This document shows positions 38,387 to 58,236 of a stretch of DNA of 64,000 nt, piece by piece. The translations under genes and the position numbers were made by a program. The DNA lies in assembly GCA_965112735.1 (NCBI GenBank), contig OZ218964.1:1488001-1552000 (forward strand), written 5' to 3'. The notes beneath the pieces are model-generated. The model did not search any database. It saw only the letters and a list, made by a program, of their open reading frames with translations, and had not been told where the DNA came from. The stretch is from Phaeosaccion multiseriatum (lineage: Eukaryota; Protista; Ochrophyta, other classes). Positions within the stretch are counted from its first letter, which is position 1; the number at the start of each line of letters is the position of its first letter.

Positions 38387-39887
38387 AGAGAGAGAGCGAG
38401 AGACGAAAAGGCGAGAGAGAGAGGAGGGAGAGAGATAGATAGAGAGAGAGAGATTCTCATACATGCGGAAAGGGAGAGGGGGGGGGGGGGGCGAGGAGAA
38501 GTCTGGGGAAGGAAGGGAAGAAGAAATTTGGACCTTGGTTCAAGAGCACCTATCCGTTTGTGGAGGGAGGAGTGAAGAGGTGGGAGAGAGGAGGACGGGC
38601 CGGTGGTGTGGGCAGCGATAGCAGCAACAGCCATGAGCCTTTCTTGCAGTGGTGCTACTACCCCGCCCCCCTACTTCCCCTCGCTCGTTCGCTGGTGACG
38701 TTTGGGGTTCGGGGAGAGGGAGAGGAACCCTGACCCTGCTGACCCTGGCTGACCCTCGCGAGGAAGAAGAGGGGGCAGGGGGTTGAAGTGGGACGTGTGA
38801 AGTTTGTGAAAGTTGAAGAACGTCTTGCCATGCCCAGAACAAAGGGTGCATACATGTTGGCAGGGAAGAAAGAGGGGAGGAGAAGGAGGAGGAAGCCGGG
38901 GCTTGCGACTGACTGGCGACTGAGAAGTAGGACATTGGGCTTCTCCTCAGCGGGATTCAGTCGTATCCTTGTCCCCCCTCTTCCTCTCGGTGCCTCACTT
39001 CCGTTGGACCAAACAGAATAGTAACTAATGTGGAAAGGAGGTGTCCCCTCAAGGTGCCCCCTCAAGGGAAAGAAAGGAAAGGGGGGGGATGCCATGGGGA
39101 ACAGTAGTGAAAAATACGAGTTACAGTTTGGGGGGGAGTAGACGGGTGTGGTTAGACGTGTTGGTTCACCACCCCGGGGTACGTGTGGGCGACAGCCAGC
39201 CGCTATTCCCTCCTCTCTTTGTGTACTTCCACTTCTGACCAAAGGTAGTGCGATGTGGGTGAGCGTCACACACAACCACACACTGTGTGAATAGAGTTTG
39301 AGTTTCCATACATGATGAGGTGCAGAGCGATGAGCAAGTGTGGCGGTGGTGCTGCTGATGCTGCCGCTACTGCTGCTGCTGCTGCTGCTGCTTTTGAAGT
39401 CTTTTTCTTCTTCTCCTCCTTCACAAACAAAGCGCGAGAGTGAGGCGTGCCTGCCAGTCACCCCTATTGTAAGCAATGGAAGGGAAGAGGAGTGGAGAGG
39501 TATCAAAGTCAGTCGAATCACTGTTCTGAGCCGCCGTCTCCCAATGAGATGGTGCTCTATGGTACTCAAGTACTCTAGTGTTGGATTAGAAAGTTTTGGC
39601 TGCACGTACAAGTGGGTGCCTACGCTGGTGTACAGTCAAGTACTGGAAGTACTACGTAGTATTTAGTACCTCTTATTTGCATTTATCGTCATCGTCATAC
39701 GCAACAACGAGTGCGACGGATGAGGTCTATCCAATACAGCTAGACGATAGATAGATGGATAGCGAGAGAGATAGATACACAGCCCAAGGAGAGATCAAGC
39801 AAGTGTCAAGCAAGAGTAAACAAGTGTCAAGCAAGTGTCAGGCTAGAGGAAACAAGTGTCCTGCAAGTGTAGTCAAACCAAAGAGAG

Positions 39888-47868
<7,981 letters not shown>

Positions 47869-48169
47869 TTCCTTTCCAATCTATATTCCACTGGGGGCGC
47901 ATTCACCCATCATGGTTTCTTTTCAGCAGTCCGCAAGCACATCCTTGCCTCACTTCTAGCCCTCGGGGAGAACATCTCTCAAGGGTAGAGGAGGGGGAGA
48001 GTGAAAGAAAATTGAAAGGGGAAGGCGGGACAGTGCAGTTTCAGTTTACGGGAAAACACAACTGCCAGCTCCGGCGGCGGCCTCCCTGTCATGGTCCTGC
48101 TACATTGTATTTCCCCTTCCTGTTTTGAGGCAGTCACCCTTTTGCAGTCAGCCCCAGCCCCATGTGGCG

Positions 48170-48576
48170 TAGCGGCCTAGGCCTATTTGGGAAAATTGCC
48201 CGGCCTAGCGAGGGCCGTAGGCCTCGGCCTATTTATATGCCGCCGCCTAGGGCAGACGCCAGCCAACTAGGTGGACGGTGGGAGTGCCCAGAGTGCAAAG
48301 AGTAGTCAGTTTCATTGCATGGGATTGGAAGTGAGGAGTAGACTTGGTTCGTGTTGTCTCTTCCGCCTCGCTGGCCCTACGAGGAGTGCAGACCTACAGG
48401 TGTGCTGCTACCCACTGGCTGGGCGGCACCACGCACGCGCCCACGGCCACTGGGAGGCTGCCTAGAGGCGGGCTATATAGGCCGCCTGGGACTGAAAAGT
48501 GAGCGGCCTAGGACGGCCGGAGGCCGCCGGCCTAGGCCTAGATCGGCCGAAGGCCGAGCGGCCTAGCGGCCTAGAG
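48170..48576. repeat. Two GGCCTAG-rich palindromic clusters with an imperfect inverted repeat, in the divergent promoter region
   Basis: Multiple GCCTAG/GGCCTAGG(CC) units at 48172-48252 and 48460-48575. Confidence 0.6.
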
Positions 48577-48898
48577 CAGCCCCCCCTCCAAAATGAACCC
48601 AACTGTTTAAAGGGGAGTCTCAATTTGGTAGCAAGTCACAATTCTGTGGGGAGCGAGACCTCGGAATTTCCCATCACCCAATCCCACACCCACCGACCAC
48701 CACATTTTTCTGCCATATATCGCATATATCGCACATCTCAACAGCCCTTCACGACTAACTAAGCACTTGATCAGAGCCTTTGCGCACAGCCACCTTGCAT
48801 TGAGCAGCGAAGCACAGTCAGTGCAGCAAAAAGGAACTGAGACCTCGACATTATACCCACATACTCACTTCCTTCCCCCAACCAGCACACGCAACGCC

Positions 48899-49693
48899 AT
48901 GGCGCACGATCACGGAGCCCACGACGACGGCATGATGGACGACAGCATGATGCACAGCGATCACGACGGCCACGACGGCCACGATGGCATGGCGGAGGCC
49001 TCAGACCAGATGGCGGGGATGGAGGAACCATTCTGTCAGGGCCCTGCGAGCGTGATGAAGTCCGGGTTCGATTGGGGCTGGGGTTCTGGGCGGCGGTGCA
49101 CACGCTTCCTTTTTCAAGACGGGGCGTTGACGGACAGGGAGTCGGTAAGTGAGGGCGAAAGTTGTGCCCCTTGAGTCCCGTCCTCGGCGCTGATTCCCGA
49201 AGGTCCCACTTCAACACCTTAGCCCAGGTCTTTGACTCTTCCCAACCTTTGGCTCCCTCCGCCCCCCCCTCCTCTCTCGTTGCTGTTGCGCTCCCCTTTG
49301 CAGTACGTTTTGGCCGTCTTCGGGACGTTTTTCTTGACGCTTGCCGTGGAAGTCATTCGCTACTGCCGTGTGTCTTTGGCGAGGAGGAGGGGCAAAGACG
49401 AGCCCGCAAGCATGGGGTACATGTGCGTTCAGGCGGCGCTGTACGGCGTGCAGATGCTTGTCGCGTACACGCTCATGCTTATCGCCATGACCTTTGACAG
49501 CATGCTCTTCCTCACCATCATTATCGGCTTCATGGTGGGCAACTTTGCCACACAAGTCCTGGACAATGAGCGAGCCGCCAAGGAGCTTGCAACTCGTGCC
49601 CCCATGACCAAGTACGATGGCTCTGGGTCTTCTGTAGAGACCCAGGACGTCGCCGTGGCTCGACACCCGCCGTGCTGCGACTGCGCACCCTGA
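48899..49693 (+). CDS. Ctr (SLC31) copper transporter. Exons 48899-49144, 49304-49693
   Basis: His/Met/Asp-rich N-terminus, three TM helices, MLIAM (MxxxM) in TM2, GxxxG (GFMVG) in TM3, C-terminal CCxC. Confidence 0.92.
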
Positions 49694-51724
49694 GCAAGAG
49701 GAGAGAGAGACGGAGAGTGAGCGTGGAGCTGCGGCGGTAGAGCTCGCGGCATCCATCACACGCCCCCCAGCAATGTACACAAACACAGTATCCCATATCA
49801 AATGTATATTTTTTACATACTTGGAGTCCGTGTGTGTAGTGGGGGGAGGTTGCTAATAGACTCTCAGGACGGATGCAGCGGGTGAAATGCGTGGTGTGCG
49901 TGAGCCCCTCGGCCTCCCTTCCCTTCCCTCCCCTCCCCCCCAACCTCTGCATCACTCACTCTCTCCCCACACCAGCACCACCCGCATGCACACAAGGGGG
50001 GGGCTGCAGAACCCAATCTACTATTCATACCCTCGATGCACCTTTGTCTTGGCGCCACCAGACAGTGACCAAAGGTGAATTTCATGGCATTCTCACAGCG
50101 ACACCCCACTGTTTGCTATAGCACATCGCCGCTTTTTTTAGGATGCCTTTTCGGCGTCAGCAGCAGCATGTATGCCCTTCTCTCTTTCTCCCTGTTGCCC
50201 TCCTAGGTCTGCTGTGGAGACGGACCTCGCGGCAGTGCTGCTACTGCTGCTGCCGCCCTCCATCGCCCACCGCCGCCGCAGCCCCGCTCGCCCTCGATCT
50301 CTCGACGCGCCAACGCTTGATTGAGTGCGCTTGCACGGTTTCACACCCCTCCGGTCTCTGATAGACTTCATCACAATAACCACCCTCTTTCTCCTCCTCT
50401 CCGGCCGCTGATCCCCAATACCACCACACCACTCCAATCACTGTACCACCCTCCTCCTACACTCGGGGCAACAACGTAGGTTGAAGTAAAGGTGATGAGT
50501 TCGACAAGGTAGCTGCATCCCACCGCCCACGCGCCTGAGTCTCTCCATCTCTCCCGGCCTCTCCTCTCTCCCTTTTTGTTTCGCCCCCTCTCACTTCTCC
50601 CTCCTTTCCTCCCGCCCTCCCTTCCACCGCCATCCCCTCCCTCTCTTACATGTCCCTCCATAAAAATAATCAAGTTCCAATGCCCGCTGGCAGCCGCAGA
50701 GGGCGCCTCTGAGTAGTGCACGAGCGAGGACGTCTGCCACTCTTTGGCTGGGCTCGCTTTGCTGCCCAACTTTAGACGGATACTGGCGCGATGGTAGAGT
50801 CCAGCTCAGATGAAGTCCCTCCCTCACCTGGCCACGCAGAAACACAAGGGAAGGGGGCGGGATGCGGGAAAGGTTGGGACAAGTAGACCAACCACAACCG
50901 GGTTTGTGCTTACTCTCTCCGTCTCTCGCTCTATAAGAAACTACGCCTACTCACCCAGTTGCTGCTCCTGCCACTTCAACTGTTCCTGCAATTTCAGCTG
51001 CTCTGTGCTCGTTAGCCCAGCTTTCTTGGCATTTATGGCCTCGCTGAAGCAGAAAGAGAGAAAGAGAGGGGGGTGGGGGCATGGGACAGGGAGGGGGGAA
51101 GGGAGGCGGCAGCCCGTCAGATGTAGAACGAAAACCAGGATGACTCTGGGAAGTACAAGCATAGGTAGTCAGCGCTTCCCACAATGAACAACACTCCATC
51201 CCCACGCTTGCTGTAGAATAAGATCCCCTCGCTTCTACAAAACTTCACTTCGCCCTGCCGACTCCGACTTACGGGAGGGTGAGACCTTGGGTGCCGCCGC
51301 AAAAGTGGTCAACGGCGCCCCCGACTACATAGTCATGGAAGTCTGAAGCGGCTCCGTGCACTCGCGGGCTTCTTGGGGACTTGACTGGCATCAAATGCTC
51401 CGGGTCCCGCTTCGACGCCCCACAACCCATGGCTGCTTGCTTGCCTTTTGCTGTTGCTCTTCCTCTACAGCTGAGGGATGCACTGCAAGAGATCGTCTAG
51501 AGACACGATTGCGCAGCACCTTTCGTTTCTGTGGACCTTGTGGAGCTCTTGGGCACGGAAGGTGGAAAGGGGAGATCGAAGACGTGCCGTTAGGATTAAA
51601 AAGGGCCCATGGGCTGGAACTCATATTCTGGCCTTGAGGATGGCACTTCATGGCGGAAATCCTCGACGCCTGCGCGCCCGCACCCCCACTCCAGAAGAGA
51701 GGTACACATTGAGGGGAGAGAAGG

Positions 51725-54011
51725 ATGGGGAAGCATCGAAGATCTCCGAGTAGTGGTAGCGATAGTAGCAGCTCTGGAAGCTCCAGCGGCAGCAGTAGCG
51801 ACAGCGGGAGTAATGAAGGCTCAAGCAATCCGCTCCGCCTGAAACCGGGAGAGGAGCAGCGGCAGAGGGAGCAGAATAGAGAGCAAATTGCAAAGAGGAG
51901 CCGAATGTGGACGACCGTGAACTCCGATGATGACGAAGACGGGGCTGGCTCAGACGCGGGCGACAGCAGTGGCGCTGCTGTTGGGGAGGCCGAGGGCGAG
52001 GCAAGGAAGGGCGAGCGCAGCGAGCATCGAACAAGCAGCAGCGGCAAGAAGCGGGACAGAGAGGATAATGGCAAGAAGGAGAGTAAACGCAGTAAACACA
52101 AGCACAAGGTGAGTCCGAACTCTTGGTTTGCATAAGTCGTCCTCGGAAATCCGCTCCCGGTTCCCACCAAAGCCCACTTTAGCTGCTCACCCGCTGGCCT
52201 TGCACCCTCGCACAATCCAACCACCCTCCGTAACGCTCTCCACAGCACGATAGAAAGGACAGCAAGAAGGACAGGAAGCACAAGAAGGACCGCAAACGAA
52301 GTAGGCACGAGGACAGCGAAGACGACGACTCAGACTCCGACAGCGGCGAGAGGGGCAGTAGTAAGCGCAGCAAGCACAGCAGACAAAAGGATAAGAAACG
52401 CAAGAAGGAAAAAAAGAGCAAAAAGAGCAGCAAAAAGAAGAAGAGCAGCAAAAAGAGCGGAGGCGAAGGGGCCAGCTCCACGGGCAACACAGTGGACATG
52501 TATCAGTTTGGCAAATGGGGCATCCTCAAAGAGTCAGACCTGTTCAAGAAGCCACGAGAGTTCGAGGTACGTATGTGCGTATCTGCAGTGGTTGGAAAGG
52601 ATTGGTTGGAGCTGTGACGTTCTTGCCCTGTTGCGCTCAAGACTTTCAGGCACGCATGTGGCTTGATGGGAGACGGAAAGAGAAACTTACCCACAAGTCC
52701 CTGGTTCCCTGCTTGCATCCCTTCTTCTACTGCTTTTGCTGCTCTCTCTTACGTGGTCGCATGCAGATGTGGATGCTGGAGGTGAAGAAGATGGGTGACG
52801 TGAGTCAGATGCCCAAGTGGGAGCAGCGGAACTGTTTTAAGGTTCGTGCTCTCTCTTTGTTCTCTTTTGTGCTCATCATGCCATATCCGAAGGAGTAAGG
52901 TCCTTTGAAAAGTACAGCGTGTTTGCTCCCCATCCATCCAATAGTGCGGATTTTGTAGAGTGAGAGCCTTTAATCGGTTTTATCTCTTCTCTCTCTGTGT
53001 CTCTTCTCTCTTCCCTCTCCTCTCTGTGTGGGCCTCTTCTCTTCTTCCCTCTCCTCTTCGCTCTCTGTCTCTCTTGTATATTCGCTTCTCTCTCTCTTCT
53101 CTCCTCTCTCTCTGTGTGTCTAATCTATTCCCTTTCTCTCCCTTCCCTTTCCTCTCTCTTCTCTTCTCTCTCCTCTCTTCCTGTGTGTCTCTCATGTCTT
53201 CCCTTCCTCCCCCCCCCCCTCTCTCCCTCTTCCTTTTCTCTCCTCTCTCTCTGTGGGTCTTTACTCTCTTCGCTTTCTCTATCTCTGCTCTCTCTCCTCT
53301 GTCTCGTCTGTCTCTGTTCTCTCCCCCTTTCTCTCTCTGCTCTGTCTCCCCCCCCTCTCGCTTGTCTCTCTCTCTCTGTCTCCCTCCCTCCTCCTCTCTT
53401 CTTCGCTCTCTCTTACTTTTCACTTTCTCGTCTCTCTCTCTCTTTCTCTGTCTCTGCTGTCTATCTTCTTTCTCCCCTTCTCTCTCTGCTTCATCTCCTC
53501 TCGCTCTCCTCCTCGCTTTCCCTCTGGCTTCCTGTCTCTCTCTCTATCCCCTCCCTGTCCTCTCTCTCCCGTCTCCCCCCTCTCTCTCCTCTCTTGTATG
53601 CCCCTCCGCACATCCCGCACACAGGAGTACATGGAGGACTTCAACACCGCCACGCTGCCGCACATGAAGTATGTCGACTACGAAAAGTGGGAGATGGAGG
53701 AGTACCAAAAGAAGAAACAGAGAGAGGAGGAAAAGAAGAGGAAGGGCCGAGGAGGACCCGGCACGGCGACGGACGAAGCAGCTCATCGCGAGGCAAAGAG
53801 AACCCTCGATGCCCAAAAGGACGCCCGATTCCAACAAATGATTGCGGCCTCTCTGCAGGCGGGAGGGGGCAGCAAGGTGGAGGAGATGCGTGCCCAGGAG
53901 AAGCTGCGCGCAGAGATGCAGCTCGCATTCAAGGTGGGCAACACCGAGAAGGTCAATCGGTTGGCCAAGAGGCTGGAGCCGGAAGATCCAAGAGACAAGA
54001 TTGGCAAATAA
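51725..54011 (+). CDS. Conserved uncharacterised Lys/Ser/Arg-rich nuclear protein. Exons ~51725-52108, 52246-52566, 52767-52841, 53625-54011
   Basis: K/S-rich N-terminus, then conserved core FGKWGILKESDLFKKPREFE-MWMLEVKK...WEQRNCFK-EYMEDFNTATLPHMKY, seen in a widespread eukaryotic family of unknown function. Confidence 0.8.
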
Positions 54012-54188
54012 ATGAGAAAGGGGGCAGCTGCAGGCGCAAATGTGCAAAAACGAATGTAAATTGATACATGCGCGATGCTTAAGAATGAACCCGGCCTTCC
54101 TTGCAAACTCCTCTCCTGCTCTCCTGCATGCGAATGGGGCGATGCAAGGATGCATGCTTCCTGCTTCCTCCCCTTATTATCCACTCCC

Positions 54189-54761
54189 TTACTCAAGGAA
54201 CTTCCCGTTGGATATCTTCCCGGCCCTCTCTAGCTTGTTGTACTCCGATTGAGTAAGGATCTCGTACTCCCCTGAGGACGGATGCTGCACCATCTGCTTG
54301 CCCATGAAGGTGAACACGTCCTTGAAATTGTGTTCATTGTACGTGTTGAGCACCTCCTTCTCGTACTTCGCTCGATTGGTCGATGACTTGGCCTGTAGTG
54401 ACTTGATGAGCTCGTTTCCTTCACTCAGCGAGTCGCAAGAGTCTCCTTGTCCGTCCACACATTGCTCCAGCTTGATCACGGAAGGCGACGCAGCGGAAGC
54501 TGCACCCCCGCCTCCAAGTATCGCCGCTGTAAAAACAGCCACTGCTCCCATCGCAGCAGCAGCATTCACGACGGAGTCCTTTGCTGTTGCTATCGATACT
54601 CTCCTTTCCCTGCTGTGCTGCTCTTGCTGCTGCCGCTGCTGGTGTCCCTGATGTCTATCAACCCCTCCTCCAACAGTCCCAAAAAAGGAAAACGCGGAGA
54701 CACGAGCCATAATCAATTGCGCCAACACCACGAGCGCGCACGAGCGGCAGCGCAACATCAT
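54189..54761 (-). CDS. Plastid thylakoid-lumen protein, PsaN-like family (single exon)
   Basis: Signal peptide + VSAF, then RR-hydrophobic-ASA lumen signal. Mature part LQAKSSTNRAKYEKEVLNTYNEHNFKDVF resembles the PsaN-like 'KS..NK..N.K.RL..Y..NY.DYF' pattern. Confidence 0.65.
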   Translation of the reverse strand: MMLRCRSCALVVLAQLIMARVSAFSFFGTVGGGVDRHQGHQQRQQQEQHSRERRVSIATAKDSVVNAAAAMGAVAVFTAAILGGGGAASAASPSVIKLEQCVDGQGDSCDSLSEGNELIKSLQAKSSTNRAKYEKEVLNTYNEHNFKDVFTFMGKQMVQHPSSGEYEILTQSEYNKLERAGKISNGKFLE

Positions 54762-54997
54762 TCTGCAGACGTGGTAGAGAGAAAGACCAAGCGAAATGGA
54801 AAGAGCGGATGAAAAAAGCCAGAAAAAAGCTGGAAATCTGTGACCTGGAGCACCAACGCATGGACGAGCCCATTGAAAAAAATAAAAAAAATGGCCGACT
54901 CCCTCGGCGCAATAAGATGATTCTTCGCTTCATTGTCCTCAGTAAGGACCCCCTGCAGTTGTGTGTTTCACTCATTTGTAAAGACTGATTCGTCTTC

Positions 54998-56893
54998 ATG
55001 GAGCCGGTGCAAGGGAGGGGGGAGAGGAGGGTTAGCGCCTTCCAGAGAGAGGTGGGGCGGCGGGAGAGCACTTTGAGGCGGGAGATTTTGCTGAGAGAGA
55101 AGGAGGAGAGGCTGCTGGATATAGACCGCGCCATTGCACGCGGTGAGAGCTTGCTGCAGCAGGTGTGTTACGCTCATAAAAGAGGGGGGGGGGGGAGGGT
55201 TGGCAGCAGCAGCAGCAGGCAGGCGACGGGATGACTTCCCCCATAGAGGCCTTTGTTGCCCCTTCCCTTCTCTCTTCTTCAAAATACGTGTTTTCTTCTT
55301 CTCAGAGCTCAATCCCATCCTCTCTTCAATTTTCTAACCAAAAAATGAGCAGGTGAAAGACTTGCAGACTCTACGCCCTGACCCCAACCTGCCGGCGAAA
55401 TGGACACCCATCATGCCCAAGATGCAGCACGTGAGTTGAGCACAGGACCTTTGCCGCCTGCGCGGATGGGGCTCTATGATCAGTGGGACTCGGCTCGGCT
55501 GCTGCAGTCGCCCACCCTCTTCTGCTGCCTTGTTGACGTGTGTACTGCTCGCACCACGTGTATTGTTAATGTTATTGTTATTGGATTGCCACCTCGAGCA
55601 CATACCTAACACATGGCTGGCCTTCTTCCGGCAACTCCTGGTATTCTGAGATCCTTCTCCTACTCCTACTCCCCCTCTCTTGGTTCTCCACTCAGGGTTT
55701 CGAGCGCTTCGCAAAGGAGGCCGAGCTACGGCGACTGTGCAATATGGACTCTTGTACCCGAATCCTCGCGGCGGTGGCCGGCAAACAAGCGTGGTGCGTG
55801 GAGAGGCTCTACGCCATGGGCTGTCCCGTGGACCTCCGAGACGGGACGGGCTACAGCCCGCTGCACATGGCCGCAAACCTAGACGACGAGACAACTGTCA
55901 AGGTGGGCGGGTGGGTGGGTCGGTGGGAGCCACACTCCCGTTACTTTCTTCCTTACCATGTCTTTTACTATTGAAAGCTGAGGTCGGGCGGTGGTGCTCT
56001 GAGTGGAACTCGAGTCCAAGCCAAGAAGCGCCATTTGTCCTCTTCTTTATAGTGTTGCTGATGTACCTCGTCTTCCCCTGCCCCCCCCCCCCCCTCCCTT
56101 TCAACACGGTTCAAGGTGTTGCTGAACATCGGAGTGGACCCCAACGCACAGACATGGAACGGCCACACTCCCCTGCTCCTCGCCACCACACGCGGGGGTG
56201 AAATGGGCGCATGCGCGCAGGTAAGAGAGAGTGCGATCAAACTCCGATGGAGCCGGGGTTAGAGGGGGCCTACTTGTGGTTGCACTTGGGGGCAGCAGAA
56301 GGAGCATTGCGTTTGTCTTTATTCCGCAGACATTGCACCCCATCTACTTACTACCCACCGCGCAAGGGAGAGGAGGACTCTGTGTACCGCTCACTGCGCC
56401 TGCCTACCCACAAGCCTCCATGCGCCGCCACAGCCGTACTTGCTTCTTCCCTCCTTCCTCCCTTTTGCTTGCTTCCCTCCCTCCCTCCCTCCCTCCCTCC
56501 CTCCCTCCCTCCCTCCCTCCCTCCCTCCCTCCCTCCCTCCCTCCCTCCCTCCCTCCCTCCCTCCCTCACTCACTCACTCACTCACTCACTCACTCACTCA
56601 CTCACTCACTCTCTCACTCACTCACTCCCTCACTCCGTCTCTCCCTCCCTCCCTTCCTCCCTCCCTCCCTCGCTCCGCCTCCTATCTTCCTCCCTTGCCC
56701 CCCTCCCCTCACTCCCTCACTCACTCAGGCCATCCGAGCCGCGGGCGGAGTGCTTGACCTGGAGGAGAACCAGCGCAGGGGGGCGTGCGCTCTCAGCGTG
56801 CCCCTGCACACCTCGTGCGCACCTCGCCAGACCTTCATGGCGAAGCAGGCCAAGCTGTTGGGCAGGAGACACCCCTACGTGGGCCAGTACTGA
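54998..56893 (+). CDS. Small ankyrin-repeat protein. Exons ~54998-55162, 55353-55430, 55697-55902, 56116-56220, 56729-56893
   Basis: GCPVDLRDGTGYSPLHMAA and VLLNIGVDPNAQTWNGHTPLLLA ankyrin motifs; in-phase GT-AG junctions. Confidence 0.8.
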
Positions 56894-58236
56894 GCAGCAG
56901 CGGATGGCAGTGGATGGTGGGTGGCACTTGAGGGGAATTTTCCTCCTTGCATCCTTGAGCTACGTACTCTTCTACCCGTTTTTACTTGTACTGGGCTGTG
57001 CTGGGCTTTGCTGAGCGACAGAAGCTGACAGCTGAGCTCTGCTGCACTCTTTGGAGTAGAGCTCAGAGGGGGGAAGCTTTGGCCTCTGAGGAGAGGTAGG
57101 TGGGAAGCAAGAGGGCAAGAGAGGAGAGAGCGCAGAGGAAGAAGCCCTCCCTTCACACCAGCGGAGCGGAGAGCAGCAAGGTTTCCGGAGGCGGCGGCGT
57201 GCTCTTCAGAAACCATGTGTGGCACTGCCTGAGCTGTGTTTGAGCTGTGTTTCAAGTCAACGGCGAAGACGCGGCGGTCCGGGGTGGAGCAGGGCAAGAG
57301 CTCCACCGAGACGAAGGAGCGGCAGCCAGCGTCTTGTGGGGAGGGTCGACAGAAGTCCCCCCTTAAATGGAGCTCTTGCTGCGCTGCTACGGAGCCTCTG
57401 TGCAGCCCTCCCTCTCGCAATGCCTTACCCTTCCTGGTGGTGTGTGTCGCGGAGGACCTGACCCGGCTGAGAGACACCGTCCAGCTGAGGGGGTGACGAG
57501 CAGCCGTATCAGGTACTCACAGATGGAGACGCCGGAGGAGGAGGGGCACAAGATCCTCGGAAACGGGCAGGGCGGGGCAGCAGCCGGAGGGGGGGGGCTG
57601 CGCGGAGCGAGGAGGACGACGGCGAGAAGTCCAAAACGACATTTCCCGCCAACAGAGATCAGCCATGAGGGAGGGAAGGAAAGAGGGAGGGAGAGAGGGA
57701 GGGAGAGAGTGAGTGAGTGAGTGAGTGAGTGAGTGAGTGAGTGAGTGAGGGAGGGAGGGAGGGAGGGAGGAGGGAGGGAGACGGAGGAGGGAGACGGAGG
57801 GCGAACACGGCGGTCTAGACTAGCCGCCTAGGCCCAGAGGCGAAATTTGGATGGTCTGAGGCGCGGCAGGACCCCAGAAGCCACAGCCCCCCCCTCGGGC
57901 TGTGCTCCCGCCTCGAGGAGACATTAGTCGCTTCAGGAACATATGACCCCGTCCTCCGTCACTTCCCTTGTCTCCATGTCCTTCGCTCATGGTGCGCCCT
58001 CCCCTGAGCCTGATCCCCTCACTCTATCTACACCCACCCCACCGAGAGAGTCACACTTGTTCAATTTCCTCAGCTTTTGAGTAGACCCTCGCCCTTTAAT
58101 TAAGTGAAGCTTGAGCGCGTATATCGGGCCGTGACGACTCACGTTGCCAACTGTGAGTTCAACGCACCACCAACAGGGATACCTCACCCAGGGCGGGCGG
58201 CGGGGGAAGAGGGGAAAGACCCCACAGACATCGAAT

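Noticed and set aside
39560-39670. GTAC cluster as a copper-response element for the Ctr gene
   Set aside because: It is about 9 kb from Ctr, beyond another gene. No such cluster is seen in the Ctr upstream region, and GTAC/SBP regulation is established only for green lineages.
50138-51640. Possible small spliced minus-strand gene (exon-like segment 51043-50954 with good splice sites)
   Set aside because: Could not assemble a consistent ORF or recognise a product
52960-53620. Long Leu/Ser-rich 'membrane protein' ORFs
   Set aside because: Translation of a CT-rich intron of the 51725-54011 gene
56900-58200. ORFs between the ankyrin gene and LIG4, with (GAGT)n/(GGGA)n intron-like repeats
   Set aside because: No recognisable domain or consistent exon chain
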